Assembly (NCBI RefSeq): GCF_001194135.2
Contig: NC_068990.1
Coordinates: forward strand, 62,400,802-62,462,272
Direction of reading: 5' to 3'
Source: Octopus bimaculoides
Taxonomy: Eukaryota
Length of the DNA stretch: 61,471 bases
In this document: piece by piece, positions 24,641-37,599 of the stretch
Layout of the letters: every line of letters starts with the position of its first letter
How positions within the stretch are numbered: position 1 is the first letter of the stretch
The notes under the pieces: model-generated
Seen by the model: the letters and a program-made list of their open reading frames with translations, nothing else
Database searches by the model: none
Told to the model about the DNA's origin: nothing
Program-made: the position numbers and the translations under genes

Positions 24641-24900
24641 GTTGATGATGGTGATGAAACGGGACAATGCCAGATTCAGGCGGAAAAAAGCATGTGAATT
24701 GGAAAAATTATGTTAGGTCAAGACCATTTGTCTCTTTATCTGTAGGTTTTATTCAAACATTTGCAAGGAGGAAGGTCACATTTTCGTGTATACTAAAATA
24801 TACCAAGAACTTTTATTTGCAGTGAAGACAACAGTTAACTGTCTCTTGTGTGGAGAGTACTCACCATTCAACGCGGTAAGGCCAACGGAACTCTCTATGT

Positions 24901-25221
24901 GCTTGGTTCTCAAAGTGGGTGGTACTCCCCATGGGGCGGTGGAAATTTCCAATGGGGGGGGGGCGTGGAAATTTCCAAGAAAAGTGGGGTGATAATGGGG
25001 TAGAGATTCATGTAAAAATTGGGGCGATAATGGGGTAGAGATTCGTGTAAAAACAGCAAAATAATAGGTTCATTAGGTTAAGTATTATTTGTGAAATACA
25101 GTTGCTTTGAATTTGTTTCAGAAGGTGGTCTATATTTGTGATAGTTAGTTGGGGTGAGGCCGCTAGGAAAGCGGACTGGGTGTCAAAGGAGCGGCAGCCC
25201 TAAAAAGTTTGGGATCCACTG
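24901..25221. mobile_element. Degenerate hAT MITE
   Basis: Left (g)cttGGTTCTCAAAGTG and right GTTTGGGATCCACTG resemble CAGTGGTTCTCAAA-type TIRs; no TSD seen. Confidence 0.55.
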
Positions 25222-25329
25222 AGTTACAGGGTGAGAGCGCTAAGCAATAGTGTGTATAAATACAAATTTGCCACCAGTTCAAATGTGCTTCAGGCATATT
25301 CGAACCCATGAGAAAGTCATGGTTAGGGG

Positions 25330-25441
25330 CCGCTCTACACCTATGTGTCTATAGCGAAAAATTTTCTCCATGACAAAATACAGGTTCTTTCTTACAGGTT
25401 CGAATATTGGAGCTGGTAACAAGCTCGATTCCAGGCAGTGA

Positions 25442-25491
<50 letters not shown>

Positions 25492-25640
25492 GCATCGAAA
25501 AATACCTTAGGAATGAAAACCCAGGTTCGAAATTTCCCCAATACACCTGATGAAGGCTGGAGGGTATATCAGCCGAAAAGTTGTGTTAATAACAAAGATG
25601 AGGACAAATATCCATCAAATGTAGATAAAGTAAATAATGT
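25330..25640 (+). mobile_element. Penelope-like element terminal-repeat (pLTR) remnant with internal (TAA)n
   Basis: Contains a CTGATGAAGGC..GCCGAAA hammerhead-type motif of the kind found in PLE pLTRs; family assignment is from recall. Confidence 0.6.
25543..25586 (+). ncRNA. Minimal type I hammerhead motif, probably inactivated
   Basis: ACAC-CTGATGA-A-GGCTG(gagggtatat)CAGCC-GAAA-A-GTT-GTGT. Stem I is ACAC/GTGT. A instead of C at 25579 breaks the ACGT palindromic stem III. Confidence 0.6.
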
Positions 25641-26451
25641 ATTTTCTAAATCTGATGGTGCTCCATTGAATTCTGAAGGCATAGTACCTTCCAGTGCACC
25701 TTAGCGATACTTATGAAAGCAAGTACCATGTGAAAGGTTTTTTCCTTGAGTAAGCGAAGTAGAAGAGGAAAGGGCAGACGGCGAAGATAAAGCAACACAA
25801 AACAAAATAAAAACAAACAAACCCTAGACTCCATGGTAACATTGGTCACAATTCCAGTGATGTCGAAAGTGATACGCACCCGGTTTTAGAAGTTAGTTAC
25901 CTATCCTAGTTAGTATTTTCTCATCCTTAAGAAGGCAAACCTTGATGTAAGTCATTATTATTTTATTTGTTGAATATAACTTGTATATTGTAAGATATTG
26001 TTTCTTTTCGCGGTAAAATATTCCTTTTCTTAGTTTCCGTTAGGCTTATAAAAGGATATTTTACCTATCTCAAAGTGAATAGTACATTTTTTTTCTCTTT
26101 AACTTTAGAATACAATGGGACCTTGTAACAAATGGGTTTTACTTTTTAACTAAAATAAACGAGGTAAGTATTTGTTTTCTTTTTGATATTTTGTATTTTC
26201 TCATCGGAGATTTTTAAACAATAGAATTGATCTACAACAATAAACGGAAACTTCTACCATAAAAAAATATAATGATAAATAAAACATGCTTTTCCAACCG
26301 AAAAGAAATGAAAGCGAAAATTATAAACTGCACAAATACACAAGATTCAACAAAAGAAAAACATATCGATATATCTATGTAGATTAACAGTGACACACAA
26401 AATGTTGGTAACACTTAACAATAACAGCAATATATGCAAGCAAAGACTTAC

Positions 26452-26600
26452 CTTACCAAATGAACAAAGAAGTTACGACAGGTGTAAAGCTACATTCGAA
26501 GGAACGAGTAACTACTATCCAAGCGAATCCTAGCAAACTCCATTTCCAAAGAAAATTTTGAAATTATTTTTAGGTGCACCGTCAACGATGACACCATAAC
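26452..26600 (-). other. Candidate non-coding exon of a minus-strand transcript
   Basis: Acceptor CTTTTTAAACAG at 26601; perfect donor AAG|GTAAGT at 26451; all three frames contain stops. Confidence 0.3.
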
Positions 26601-28024
26601 CTGTTTAAAAAGAAGGTCTTTGATTCAATCGTCCAGCAAAGTTGTAGTATAGCACAAGCACGCCATTTGCAAACTGACTAAGAGCACGCCATTTGTGAAC
26701 GACTGACTACGAATTTTTGTTGGATGATACATAAAATCTCTTTAGAATCTCAGCTTACACTGCTAGACTGCAGCTCCAAAATTATTACAGCTGAGAGCAA
26801 TATATTAATTATTCATTCATGACTGGAATTTTTTCCATCTGTACAAGAATCAGAAAACAAAATTCAAGGCGTTACTTCAGCTGCAGATCAGGCCGATACT
26901 CTGGAAATATTCATAAAAGATTCTCTTATTTTTGACACTGATCCTCAAGTAGAAAATTATGCAGTAGGCTCCACCAAATGGGTTAGACAAGAATTTAAAA
27001 TTCTGAAGCAAACAACCTCTAAAAAAAATTCTTTTTATGCAGATGTGCTTCACTGCAGTCAAATTGGGTGTATCTGGGAAAAGTTTACCCATCGTCTTTC
27101 CCGTTGGTGATATCACTTGCTAAAAATTGAAGGATAAAAGGAACACTTATTAAAGGTCTGTAAATTCTCAGAAGTACTGGTAAACCTTTCTATCCTTTCT
27201 ACAACACTTGCCTGTATACTTTCTATGTTAAAAGTCTATCAAAGACTCAATCGTTTACAGACTTCTCTATAAAAGTTCATTGACATTCGTAGTTCCGGAA
27301 ACTTTAGCTGTGAATTTGTGATGAACGTTAACTTAAGGTTGCTCACTAAATCGTTAGTTATCGATGGCTGTAGTCAGATTGAGATTCCAATCAAAAACTA
27401 ATATGAACCCAACAATTAAAAGCAGAAGACCGTTGCCATAACCCAATGCCTTGGACTACCTGACTGTTCTGCACGTTATTGTTGATATTCCCTTTGGAGT
27501 AACAAGTAGAAGTAAAATTCAGCGGATCTTTATCGAAACTGGAGTTTTGCTGTCCGGACTCGCAAAAGATCGTTTCACCACAGTTTCCTGTAAATCAATT
27601 GCTAGATTTAACCCGCTAACATAAAGTCTATACTCAGAAGCGAGAAAAATGCCTTAGAAAGGCAAGTAACATACAATGGTGCGCACAAATGTTTCAATAA
27701 CCGTAAGAGAAAAAACGTTAGTAATTCATATTAGTAGAAACTATTTATAATTTCGTGCTTAGTTCCTTCCCCGCTGTCCAACATTGACAATTTAGTTAAA
27801 AAAAAAAACATAATCTTGTTTCAGTTTAGAACTTGCGCACCACTGTGTTGCATCACATTCCTTAGTGGTAAAATACTGACCACGTTTGAAGCAGGCACTC
27901 AGCTGTTTTTGTTTAAACATCTTAGTTTTCGTCTTACAGCGTTGAGTTTCAATGAATTATAGACAACATTAGCCATGAAAATAAGTCAAAAGGCTTGTAC
28001 ACTGCTTTGTATGAGGTCAACTGG

Positions 28025-28338
28025 TGAAGAGGCGTGGCTTAATGGTTAAGGTAATCGGTTCAGGTATTCGGCTCATGATCGTAAGATCATGGGTTCGAAA
28101 ATCGGTGTCGAATGTGTCCTTGAGCAAAAGATTTTATTTCACGTTGCAAATATGAGTAGTACCTGCATTCCAAAAGGCCAGCCTTGTCCCACTCTGTAGC
28201 ACGCAGAATCTCCATGACGAGTAGGTTAAGGGTATACGTGTCTGCAGAGTGCTCAACTACCTCTTAATTTCAAGAGCAGGCTGTTCCGTAGATCAGATCA
28301 ACTGGAACTCTCGTCGCCGTGACCGACGGAGTGCCAGT
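28025..28338 (+). mobile_element. SINE family C2
   Basis: GAGGCGTGGCTTAATGGTTAAGG head; GATCAACTGGAACTCTCGTCGCCGTGACCGACGGAGTGCC end. Confidence 0.85.
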
Positions 28339-29583
28339 ATGAGGTCATGTGGTTTGGTGAGACCAAAGAAGAGCATATGGAAAGTTACGTAAATTGACGG
28401 ATATGTCATATGAGATAAGATTCTTATTTGTAGACATAAGTATTTGTTTAAATAGAATTAAATATGAGGCGCCAGGTCACAGGTTGTTATGAATAATTTA
28501 GTAGAATAAAATACAGACAGATTTTGTTGAATATTCATTTTTATCGTTAGTTAGTGTCATATTAGATTCATGAACAACTAAAAATTTAGAAGAAACTTTA
28601 TATGTTTCTATTCAGGTGCGGTCCTAGTAATTTTTCGAAGGGATGGCACAAGGTCAGAAGGGAATACAATTCCAGGAGAAAAGGGCGTAATAACATTATT
28701 AAGAAGAGCGCACTTCTTTTCTTGAGGGGGTACGTGCCCCCCTCCCCCCATTAGGTCAGCCCCTGCTCTTTGGTTTCACTACGCCAGTTGACCTCATACA
28801 AAGATGTGTACATGCTGTATAATTCCCGATAATTTCGTTCCTTCTCTGAAAGAATAAACGTCTAATCGCCACTCATAGATGACACTGTAGTGGCAACCAA
28901 TGAGTTACAACTAGAACAGTGTTTGTTAAGGCTAAAATTGACAAATATATGCTGCTGGTTTAGAGTTTACACGTTTTCCCAAGAAAATTCGTGCCTTTTA
29001 GTAAAAGCCTACTCTGACTCCAAATTTGTTTCTTTAGTATTTCAGTAGTAAGCTTTTTGATTTCTCTTTTAACTTTATCAAACTCAGAATGTTTAGGATA
29101 GTGATGTCGCTTCAGGTTTAATTCTTTGACAGCGGAATGGGATTCGTAATATAGTAAAAACAATGAATTCTTTAGCCTGGAATTTTATGTATCTGTTCAG
29201 AAAGTTTTCTTTCTTACTTTAGATGAAACCATTAGTATGGTTTGCCAATAATTAATAAAAAAAAAAAATGAATGTAAGACACTTGCACTTTTAACTAATA
29301 TCAAAAATTACACTTCGTTTGCAGTAGGGTTATCTCTCCCTGGTTGCGAATTGTCTGAACACAAAACAGTACAAAAGTTTGCTTGAAACGACACCTGTGC
29401 CTACCAAATGCTTTCGTTGATCGATAATTTGGTAATCGGCCAACCCATCACACTCTGTTTGAAAGGAAATATGAAGAAGTGAGAGAAAGAAATGAAACTT
29501 TTCAACTTAAGTTAGCCTTTAAGATTATGTTGCAAAATTATGTTAGTTCAGTATGGGTAATCTTGGTGTTTACATATGCACAT

Positions 29584-29745
29584 AGAGGCGCGGGTGTGGT
29601 TGTATGGTAAGCAGTCTACTTTTCTGGTTTCTGGTTTAGTTTCACTGCGTGGCACATTGGCCGAGTGTTTTCTACTTTAGCCTCGGGCTGATCAAAGCCT
29701 TGTGAGTGGATTTGGTTGAATGAAGTTGAAAGAAGCCTGTCGCAT
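29584..29745 (+). mobile_element. Family B SINE 5' half, running into (CA)n and a gap
   Basis: GCGTGGCACATTGGCCGAGTG..GCCTTGTGAGTGGATTTGG..GAAAGAAGCCTGTCG. Confidence 0.8.
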
Positions 29746-29754
29746 ACACACACG

Positions 29755-29827
<73 letters not shown>

Positions 29828-30283
29828 NNNNNNNNNNNNNNNNNNNNNNNNNNNNNNNNNNNNNNNNNNNNNNNNNNNNNNNNNNNNNNNNNNNNNNNNN
29901 NNNNNNNNNNNNNNNNNNNNNNNNNNNNNNNNNNNNNNNNNNNNNNNNNNNNNNNNNNNNNNNNNNNNNNNNNNNNNNNNNNNNNNNNNNNNNNNNNNNN
30001 NNNNNNNNNNNNNNNNNNNNNNNNNNNNNNNNNNNNNNNNNNNNNNNNNNNNNNNNNNNNNNNNNNNNNNNNNNNNNNNNNNNNNNNNNNNNNNNNNNNN
30101 NNNNNNNNNNNNNNNNNNNNNNNNNNNNNNNNNNNNNNNNNNNNNNNNNNNNNNNNNNNNNNNNNNNNNNNNNNNNNNNNNNNNNNNNNNNNNNNNNNNN
30201 NNNNNNNNNNNNNNNNNNNNNNNNNNNNNNNNNNNNNNNNNNNNNNNNNNNNNNNNNNNNNNNNNNNNNNNNNNNNNNNNNNN

Positions 30284-30405
30284 AATGGAACAACACGAAA
30301 TGAAGAGTTTTGCTCATCACAGCGCATCGCCCGGTCCAGGAATCGAAACCACAACGTTACGATCATGGTGCTGACACCCTAACCACTAGACCACGCGCCC
30401 CTCCA
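30284..30405 (-). mobile_element. tRNA-derived SINE head (C/D type), truncated by a gap
   Basis: Minus strand GGCGCGTGGTCTAGTGGTTAGGG..GGTTTCGATTCCTGGACCGGGCGATGCG; no closing acceptor stem. Confidence 0.8.
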
Positions 30406-30679
30406 CTGCAACAAGTAAAAGATAAAAACTAAAAGTGAATGTCAAAAGAACCCGACTACTGCGTGAGGCCTCTTCCTGCTCAAATCCATTGATTACAGCT
30501 TAAATAACGTCGTACTTTTATTGCGTGGGTAAAAAATTAAATGACCCAAAATTTGATCCTTGTTGTAAAAACAATAGGTTCCAATGAATGGCAGGAAATA
30601 GAGAAAGTCACTGGAAGATTACGAAAGTACGAAAGATAGCATAATCATTTCATGATTGCGTGCATACTACTGGTACCAT

Positions 30680-30899
30680 GGAAACCTTTCTACTAAAGGC
30701 ACAAGGCCTGAAATTTTGGGGGAAGGGAATAGTCGATTCCATCGACCTCACTGTTTCACTGGTACTTAATTCATCGACCCCGAAAGGACGAGACGAAAAG
30801 TCGACCTCGGTGGAATTTGAACTCAGAATGTGGAGACGGACGAAATGCCACAAAGAATTTTGTCCGGTGCGCTAACGATCCTGCCAGTTCGGTACCTTA
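30680..30899 (-). mobile_element. Family A SINE
   Basis: Reverse complement of the family A pattern. Confidence 0.88.
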
Positions 30900-31495
30900 C
30901 TGTTACCATAGAATGGCAACTTGAATAAACGGGTTAGTTACTAGAAGAAATGCCGCATCAGTTAGTTGTTTCAGGATCTCTGAACCTGGACCGAGAAAGG
31001 AATGAAGAAACCATGACTAGTGAAATAAAATTCAAAGTGGAGACTTGATCTAAATGCTTCCAAGAAAGGTGAACTCTGCTAAAACATGAGGGTCAGGTGG
31101 TGGGATAGTACCGAGCGATGGGTTAAGCCTAAAACTGGGCAAAAATATGAAGTCCTACAACGTCCCTTGAGGTGGAAAATGAATCTAGGAATCTAACGAA
31201 ACAGCTGTTATTTTTGCACCGAGTATTCTCCCTTTATAGCTGTGCTCTGTAAACCATATTTACAACCAAATGGTCTGGATAACTGACACACTTGTCCATG
31301 GGCCCTTCGTAAGTCTGATAACAAGAGGACATTTAACTATAAAGCAGACGTATTCAGACGATAAGTTAGGACTGATTAAGTGTGTTAAACAGTAGATAAG
31401 TAAACGAGAAATAAAAACTCTTGAAAAATCCTCTTATATGTCTGCATCATGCTAACACGTAAAATAAGGGGCATTTACCACACACGCACACATAT

Positions 31496-31555
<60 letters not shown>

Positions 31556-32771
31556 CTTTATTGATATACAGTATAAGCATTTTCGAACATGAATATATGG
31601 AAGATTAGTCATATTTAGAACTTATAGACATGCTGCAGAATATTACCGATGAAAGCATGAATATACTTCTCAAATTTCATTCATAGCAACACTGCGTATA
31701 TGCATCTGTGTGTGCGCGTGTCCTCATTTCTCAGTGTGTGTACATATATGTTTTGGGTGAATGCATGTGTATGTATATGTGTGAGTATATGTAGTTGCCG
31801 TGATAAAAGTATCAAGAACTTTCTGTGTCGCTAAATCATCGATAGTCGCTTAAAATAAACGTCACGAACTCAAAATAACGTCTGATTTTTAAACCGGTTT
31901 AAGAAGAAATCCAACAAAATTTATGCGAAACAAATTCTTTGAAGTTGACAAAAATCTTTAGTTCATACTCTACATATGTAGCTACCCTACTTCTCACATT
32001 TATTGGTGAACCTCAAAGACAATAGTACGTTGAAATGAATACGAAACGAGGAGAGCACTCGGTAACTGCAACAGAACAAAATAAATTCACTGAAGGATAT
32101 TGTTTACATCTCCCTCAAAATAGAAGCTTGCTAAATTCTTTGATGACCTTCTGCAAATATTTGAATTGCATCTTATAATTCCAGACAGGGTTTTGAAAAT
32201 AACATTTAACATTTTCTCTCAGTATCCTCTTTTCATTTTTCTTGAATTATTACACCTTCGGACAATGTACACATACGCTCGCACACGCACACACACACAC
32301 GCACACACATACACACTCACGTATATATATGTATATACACACACATGCACATATCTATCGATATATATATGTATATGTACATATTTGTACTCACACACAC
32401 ACACATATGCGCATACATACCCATACATATATATGTATGTCAGTCATGCTTGTATATGCTTGTTTATGTGTGTATATGTGTGTGTGTCTGTGTCTGTGCA
32501 TGTATATATGAATATATATATAGTATATATGTATGGTATATACGGTTATGTTACTTTTGTTTTCCTCCGTTTTCTCTCTTTTCTATTCGATATTTCTAAA
32601 CAATTCAAATCGAAACTGACAATATAATGTTGCACTTTTAACGTAGATGCTGCTATTATAATGAATTAGTTATTTTTCAGAAAGCACAAAATCTAATGCA
32701 GAAAACACAGAGAGGCTCAAGGCATAGATTCCTCAGTGCACATATAAATCAACTACAATAAAAACGGATCT

Positions 32772-32932
32772 TAGTCGGTTTCGACGATGAGCATTTCAGT
32801 TGTTTGATCAACCGAGTGACCTGCCTATTAAATTGTAGCGTAAGCGACTGAATATTCTGCATAACGTATATCTCTAATGTAAGAGTCAGTACTAGAATCA
32901 ACGTGTCAAGATGTGTGATGAAGCTGACCCTA
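32772..32932 (-). mobile_element. Old family C SINE 3' half
   Basis: Minus strand AGGGTCAGC..GGTTGATCAAACAACTGAAATGCTCATCGTCGAAACCGAC aligns loosely to the family C end. Confidence 0.55.
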
Positions 32933-32967
32933 TCAAGTAGCTGTACAATACATCGGCAGATCTTCCA

Positions 32968-33372
32968 TGCAGGCGCAGCCGAGGTTGTGTGCTAAGAAGT
33001 TTGCTTTACAACCATATGGTTCCTGGTTTAGTCCCGTTGCATGGCACCTTGGGCAAGTGTCTTCTACTATAGCCTCATGACCAACCAAAGCCTTATGAGT
33101 GGATTTGGTTGACGGAAACTGAAATAAGCCCGTCAAATATACATATGTGTGTGTCTTTGCGGCTTTGTTTTTACTCCAATACCACTTGACAACCGGAATT
33201 GGTATGTTTACATCCCCCAAAATTAGCGGTTCGGCGAAAGAGAAGTATTAAGCTGTAAGAAGGAAAAAAAACGTTCTAAGATTGATTCGTTCGACTATAA
33301 AATCCTTCACGGCGATGCCTCAGCATGGCCACAGTCTGATGAGTGAAACAAATACGGGATAAGGGATAAAAA
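32968..33372 (+). mobile_element. Family B SINE, full length
   Basis: GGCACCTTGGGCAAGTGTCTTCTACTATAGCCTC core and AGCATGGCCACAGTC..GAAACAAAT tail. Confidence 0.88.
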
Positions 33373-33557
33373 AACATTCTCCGCAGTTCCACTCTCAAGG
33401 GCTCGAGACTACAAGGAAAATACAATTGTCTTAGATGCCTCATAGTGAAATCGAAACCGGAAAGACAACATTTCGAAGTAAATGTTATATTCACTCGGTC
33501 ATATCTTTACCACATTATATAAACACACACACACACACACACACACATACGTACGCG

Positions 33558-33608
<51 letters not shown>

Positions 33609-33849
33609 TCACTCATTCACACAAATTATTTTGTGCACACCCAAATACTTGCAACAGACACAGAAATGTGTTAAGTTGAAACTTAAGTAAGCTTTCTATT
33701 TTCATAGAGGAATATAGAAAAATAGAAGAGAATAGAAAACAGTTTTCAAGAGAATTCTACGTACTTAAATGTCCAGGTAACTGAGAACGAATGTTCTTTA
33801 TAGGAAACAACATGGTCTTCTTATACCATGTTCTAAATGATCTCAGAGT

Positions 33850-34385
33850 TTAAGCAGTCAGTCGCCTACACATTGTTGTCATCTTAGCAATATTTACACG
33901 AAGTAATGCATCACTACTCATGTGGATTCCCTTGTCACATATCGAGTCTGACTCTAGGATTGCAATATCCCCAGGTCCTCTGTATTCTGTTTGCAATCTG
34001 TTTGGGGGTTGATCGAGGAGAGCTTTTAATTTCTCAGCATTGAACATCAATTTGTTTTCCTCAGGCAATCTATATATTGCATTCAGGTCTTTCATTTTGT
34101 AGTTTTGAGTTATCAACAGGATCATTAAGTATTTGTGATGCTATTATTTCGTGTGCATAACTGGAGAGAGACGCTGACTGTATGGCTCTGAAAGCAGGAC
34201 CAAAAGAGCCATCATGAACAGTAGTGCTCAAAGTGCAATTCCCCGAAGGACTCTACTTAATATTGATATTGTCTTCTCAGAGAGAGAGCAGGCTTAGCTT
34301 TAAATGCCATGTAGCTACTCACCTTGTTCTCCTGTGCTGCCCTTTGAGGTGAGGCTTCTCGATATCAATGAGCTGTTCGTAGCTA
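33850..34385 (-). pseudogene. Decayed non-LTR retrotransposon reverse-transcriptase fragment (Jockey/CR1-like)
   Basis: Degenerate RT motifs across frames: P.GIAL*ALLFMMAL (about PQG.VLGPLLF), SLSSYAHE (about SYADD), then DLNAIYRLPEENKLMFNAEKL..Y.GP..ICDKGIHMSSD. Confidence 0.72.
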
Positions 34386-34820
34386 CTTGAATGCTAATAA
34401 GCTTGTTTTTCAGCCACATGGTTCCGAATTCAGACCGGAACAGCACTATGCACGCAATCATTAAGTGGCACCTTGGGCAAGTGTCTCCTATAATAGCTTG
34501 AAGTCAACAAAGCATTGTGAGTCGATTTGGTAGACGGAAATTGAAAAGTGCGCGTCATGCGTGTGTGAGTGTGTGTATGTGTGAGTGTGTGTATGTGTGA
34601 GTTTGTGTATGTGTGAGTGTGTGTGTGTGCTCGCATTTGTTTTTCCCCCATTACTTCTTGACAACTGGTGTTGGTGTGTCTGCGTCCTTGTTACTTGATG
34701 TTTCGGCCGATGGAATAAGCACTAGTTTAGAAAGAAATAAGTACGGGGGTTGATTCGGTCGACTAAAATTCTGCAAGCCTACCCCAGCATGACTGCAGTC
34801 TAATGACTGAAACAAGTAAA
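34385..34820 (+). mobile_element. Family B SINE
   Basis: GTGGCACCTTGGGCAAGTGTCTCC core, internal (TG)n, tail CAGCATGACTGCAGTCTAATGACTGAAACAAGTAAA. Confidence 0.85.
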
Positions 34821-34935
34821 TTATATATATATATATATATCTGTCTATCTATCTATCTATCTATATCTATCNNNNNNNNNNNNNNNNNNNNNNNNNNNNN
34901 NNNATATATATGCATGTATACAAACACACATTTAT

Positions 34936-37599
34936 TAGGGTTATGACTTTTTGATTATATGGAGAATAGACAATTTCCTGTTTTATAAGTCTATGAACAA
35001 TTTCATGTAAGTAGGAATAATAGCCTTTATTTTAAATTTTAAAACAAATATGTCACCCCCAATTGCAGAAATCTAACACCACTTTTGACTCGAATCATGG
35101 AAAATTCTAGGGGCGGGGTTCATAATGCCTACACCAGTTTTTACCAGACTTGGTGTGCTGACTTAATGCAATGCAGAAGCAGTATATCTCAAATTTGTTA
35201 CCTCTTAGGCCCCACTTTAGGAAATATCCTCTATATATATTTATTTCTTTGACGCTAAAAGCTCTGACTATATTAACTGTTTTTCAGAATATTAGGCTTA
35301 TCCAACTAGAGTATCTAAAATAATGTCTCATAAGAGAAGTGCTTGTGTCACTCAAAGAAACAAAAATCTGGACGAAGAATCTCGTGTAATTTCAAGACAC
35401 ACATAAGAAAAGAAGACCTGTTCCTCTAGAAGAGCATTCTTTGGAAAACAACTGTAGTACATCAATGAAACTTCAAATTGTCGCTCGCTACCTGTTCCTT
35501 AGAGATACCATCAAAGAAAGGAAAGAAAGAACAAAGGAAATTTCGAAAGAAGCAACTTTTTATGGCAAAAGAAATTAAATTTCCCAAATTTTAGCAATTC
35601 AAGATGTACAAGCAAAAGTAGAAAAAGTGCTAAATACCTACGATAAATGTGTAAAACGAGGAAAATACGATTCATTGAAAGGACTTTGTGACATCACAAA
35701 GGAAAACGGTGAATGGCTGTGCAGTGAGGATAAAAGGATATATTATCTGTAAATTGAAAGCAAGGGACAGTTCGGGTATGGAACTGGAAAGGCAGCCAGT
35801 TCCAAAACTATCCATCCATCCAAAAGAAGAAAAGTGTCCTTAATGCCAACTTCAACCAGGGCAACTCTAGTGTCATCGTCAACGTCTGAAGCAGAGACTG
35901 AAAGTGAATATCAAGAGTCCGAAAAATCAGATGAAGAATCCACACAAATAAGGAGGAAGTATAACAAAACTGGAACTGCAACCAAGTTAGTAATACCTTC
36001 CGAGCTATCAACCCAAAAGGCAGCAACAGTTTGTCGACAATTGTCTCAAGATGGTATCAATGTCGAGACTCCTTCCCAATCTGGTATTTACAGATCGACT
36101 ATCAAAGAAGCTGTTAAACTAAAGAAGAAGATGAAGAAAACACTACATTTAGAAAACTGGTAATTGTATTTTGATGGTAAACGTATTAACGACCAAGAAT
36201 ATCAAGTGCTAGTTTTAAAGAATGATAAGAGAGAAGTTAAGTTAGAAGCACTCCGATGACCAAACGGAAAAGCCAATACTGTTGTGAAAGGAATAACATC
36301 TGTTTTAGATGAAAAAAAAATATGAAACTACGTAAAGATGATTGTCGCTGATACAACGAGTGTGAACACTGGGAAAGAAATGGCACTGTCATTCAGTTGC
36401 AAAGACTGTTTCCTCAAAATGATTTGAAAGAACCGCAGTTTATTGGTTGTCATATCCTTGTAGAGTTCTTCGTGTTGTAATGGTTAACGAAATTAGAGAA
36501 AAAAGTCATCTCCCAGGATTAAATATACATTCATCCCAGAGCTTCTAAGTAATTACGAGAAACCCCAGGCTAGTTTCAACAATGGTGAAGAAAAAATTAC
36601 TGAATCAGTAGGGTGGCGCGATGACACGAAATTTCTATTTCATTTGACCAGAATTTTTCGTTTCTTTGAACAAACCGGCAAATTTCCTACTGTAAAGTTT
36701 CAAAAAATACCCAACTTAAGTAATGCAAGATGGAATTCTCGAGCAACACTAGCTCTTTTGGCATTTACTTTTTTACCAGAGAAAAGAGTATTGCTTCTCA
36801 ATGTTTGTCGATTCATCTCTTACAACTGGGCAGATTTTTTCTTCAATACACATGATTATCAGAAGTTATGTGGTAGCCTACAAATTCATAAAAATAGCAT
36901 TGAGCTATATTAAAAAACTTTTGGAGTCGAGAACCATCAAAACAGAAAATTCTCAGAACAAATCAGAATGCAGAACGGGCAATTAAGTGCCTTTAAGATA
37001 TTTATGATTTTTGTAAAAAGGAGAAACTTCAGCTTTGATTTATTATATCTAACAAAACATAATTCTTTGTTATGTTAAAAAGTTTGCGATATTTCTGCAC
37101 TCTTTTTCTTATACCGTTATTTAAAATTGGAATGAAACCTAAAAATATTTATTGTTTTTACTTTTGTATGTTATCGAATGCTTGCAGTGGCCTCTGTCTT
37201 AAAATAGCCTAGTTTTGAAAATTTGCATTGAGCAATTTCAATTCAGTAATCTTAAAAATGTATAAATACATTTTTATTTCACTTCTCTCTTGCGTTTACA
37301 AGGATTTTGGCAGCGGATATAGTGAAGTGAGAATCTAGTGCCACTTAGTGATTATAGTTTTAAAAGCCCATAACTCCGAAACTACTTCAACTAGAAAGCA
37401 GATTTATAATTTCTACATTGCATTGAGTCAGCACACCAAGTTTAATAAAAACGTGAGCAGGAGTTATGAACCAGCCTAGAATTTTGCCTGATTTGGATAA
37501 AAAGTGGTGACCAATTTAAATTGGGGGTGACATTTTTTCAAATAAAGCAAAATACATACTAATTTTTATAACGTTATCCATCGAATTACCATATAGGAT
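34936..37599 (+). mobile_element. hAT-superfamily-like (hATm-like) DNA transposon with long imperfect inverted termini; right end lies in an N gap
   Basis: ATGTCACCCCCAATT at 35050-35064 is inverted at 37519-37533 (15/15); a 31-nt block at 35148-35178 is inverted at 37411-37441 (29/31); encloses a decayed transposase. Confidence 0.85.
35323..37070 (+). pseudogene. Disrupted DDE transposase
   Basis: Motifs YFDGK (D about 36173), ADTTSVNTG (D about 36350), FIGCH, SNARWNSRA (about 36720), TNQNAERAIK (E about 36973); in-frame stops (36161) and frameshifts. Confidence 0.85.

Noticed and set aside
26860-27620. Patchy protein-like reading frames
   Set aside because: Many stops, no recognisable motif and no consistent frame.
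28613-28765. Possible MITE with CAGGGGC-type ends
   Set aside because: TIRs match only 11/15 and no TSD is seen.
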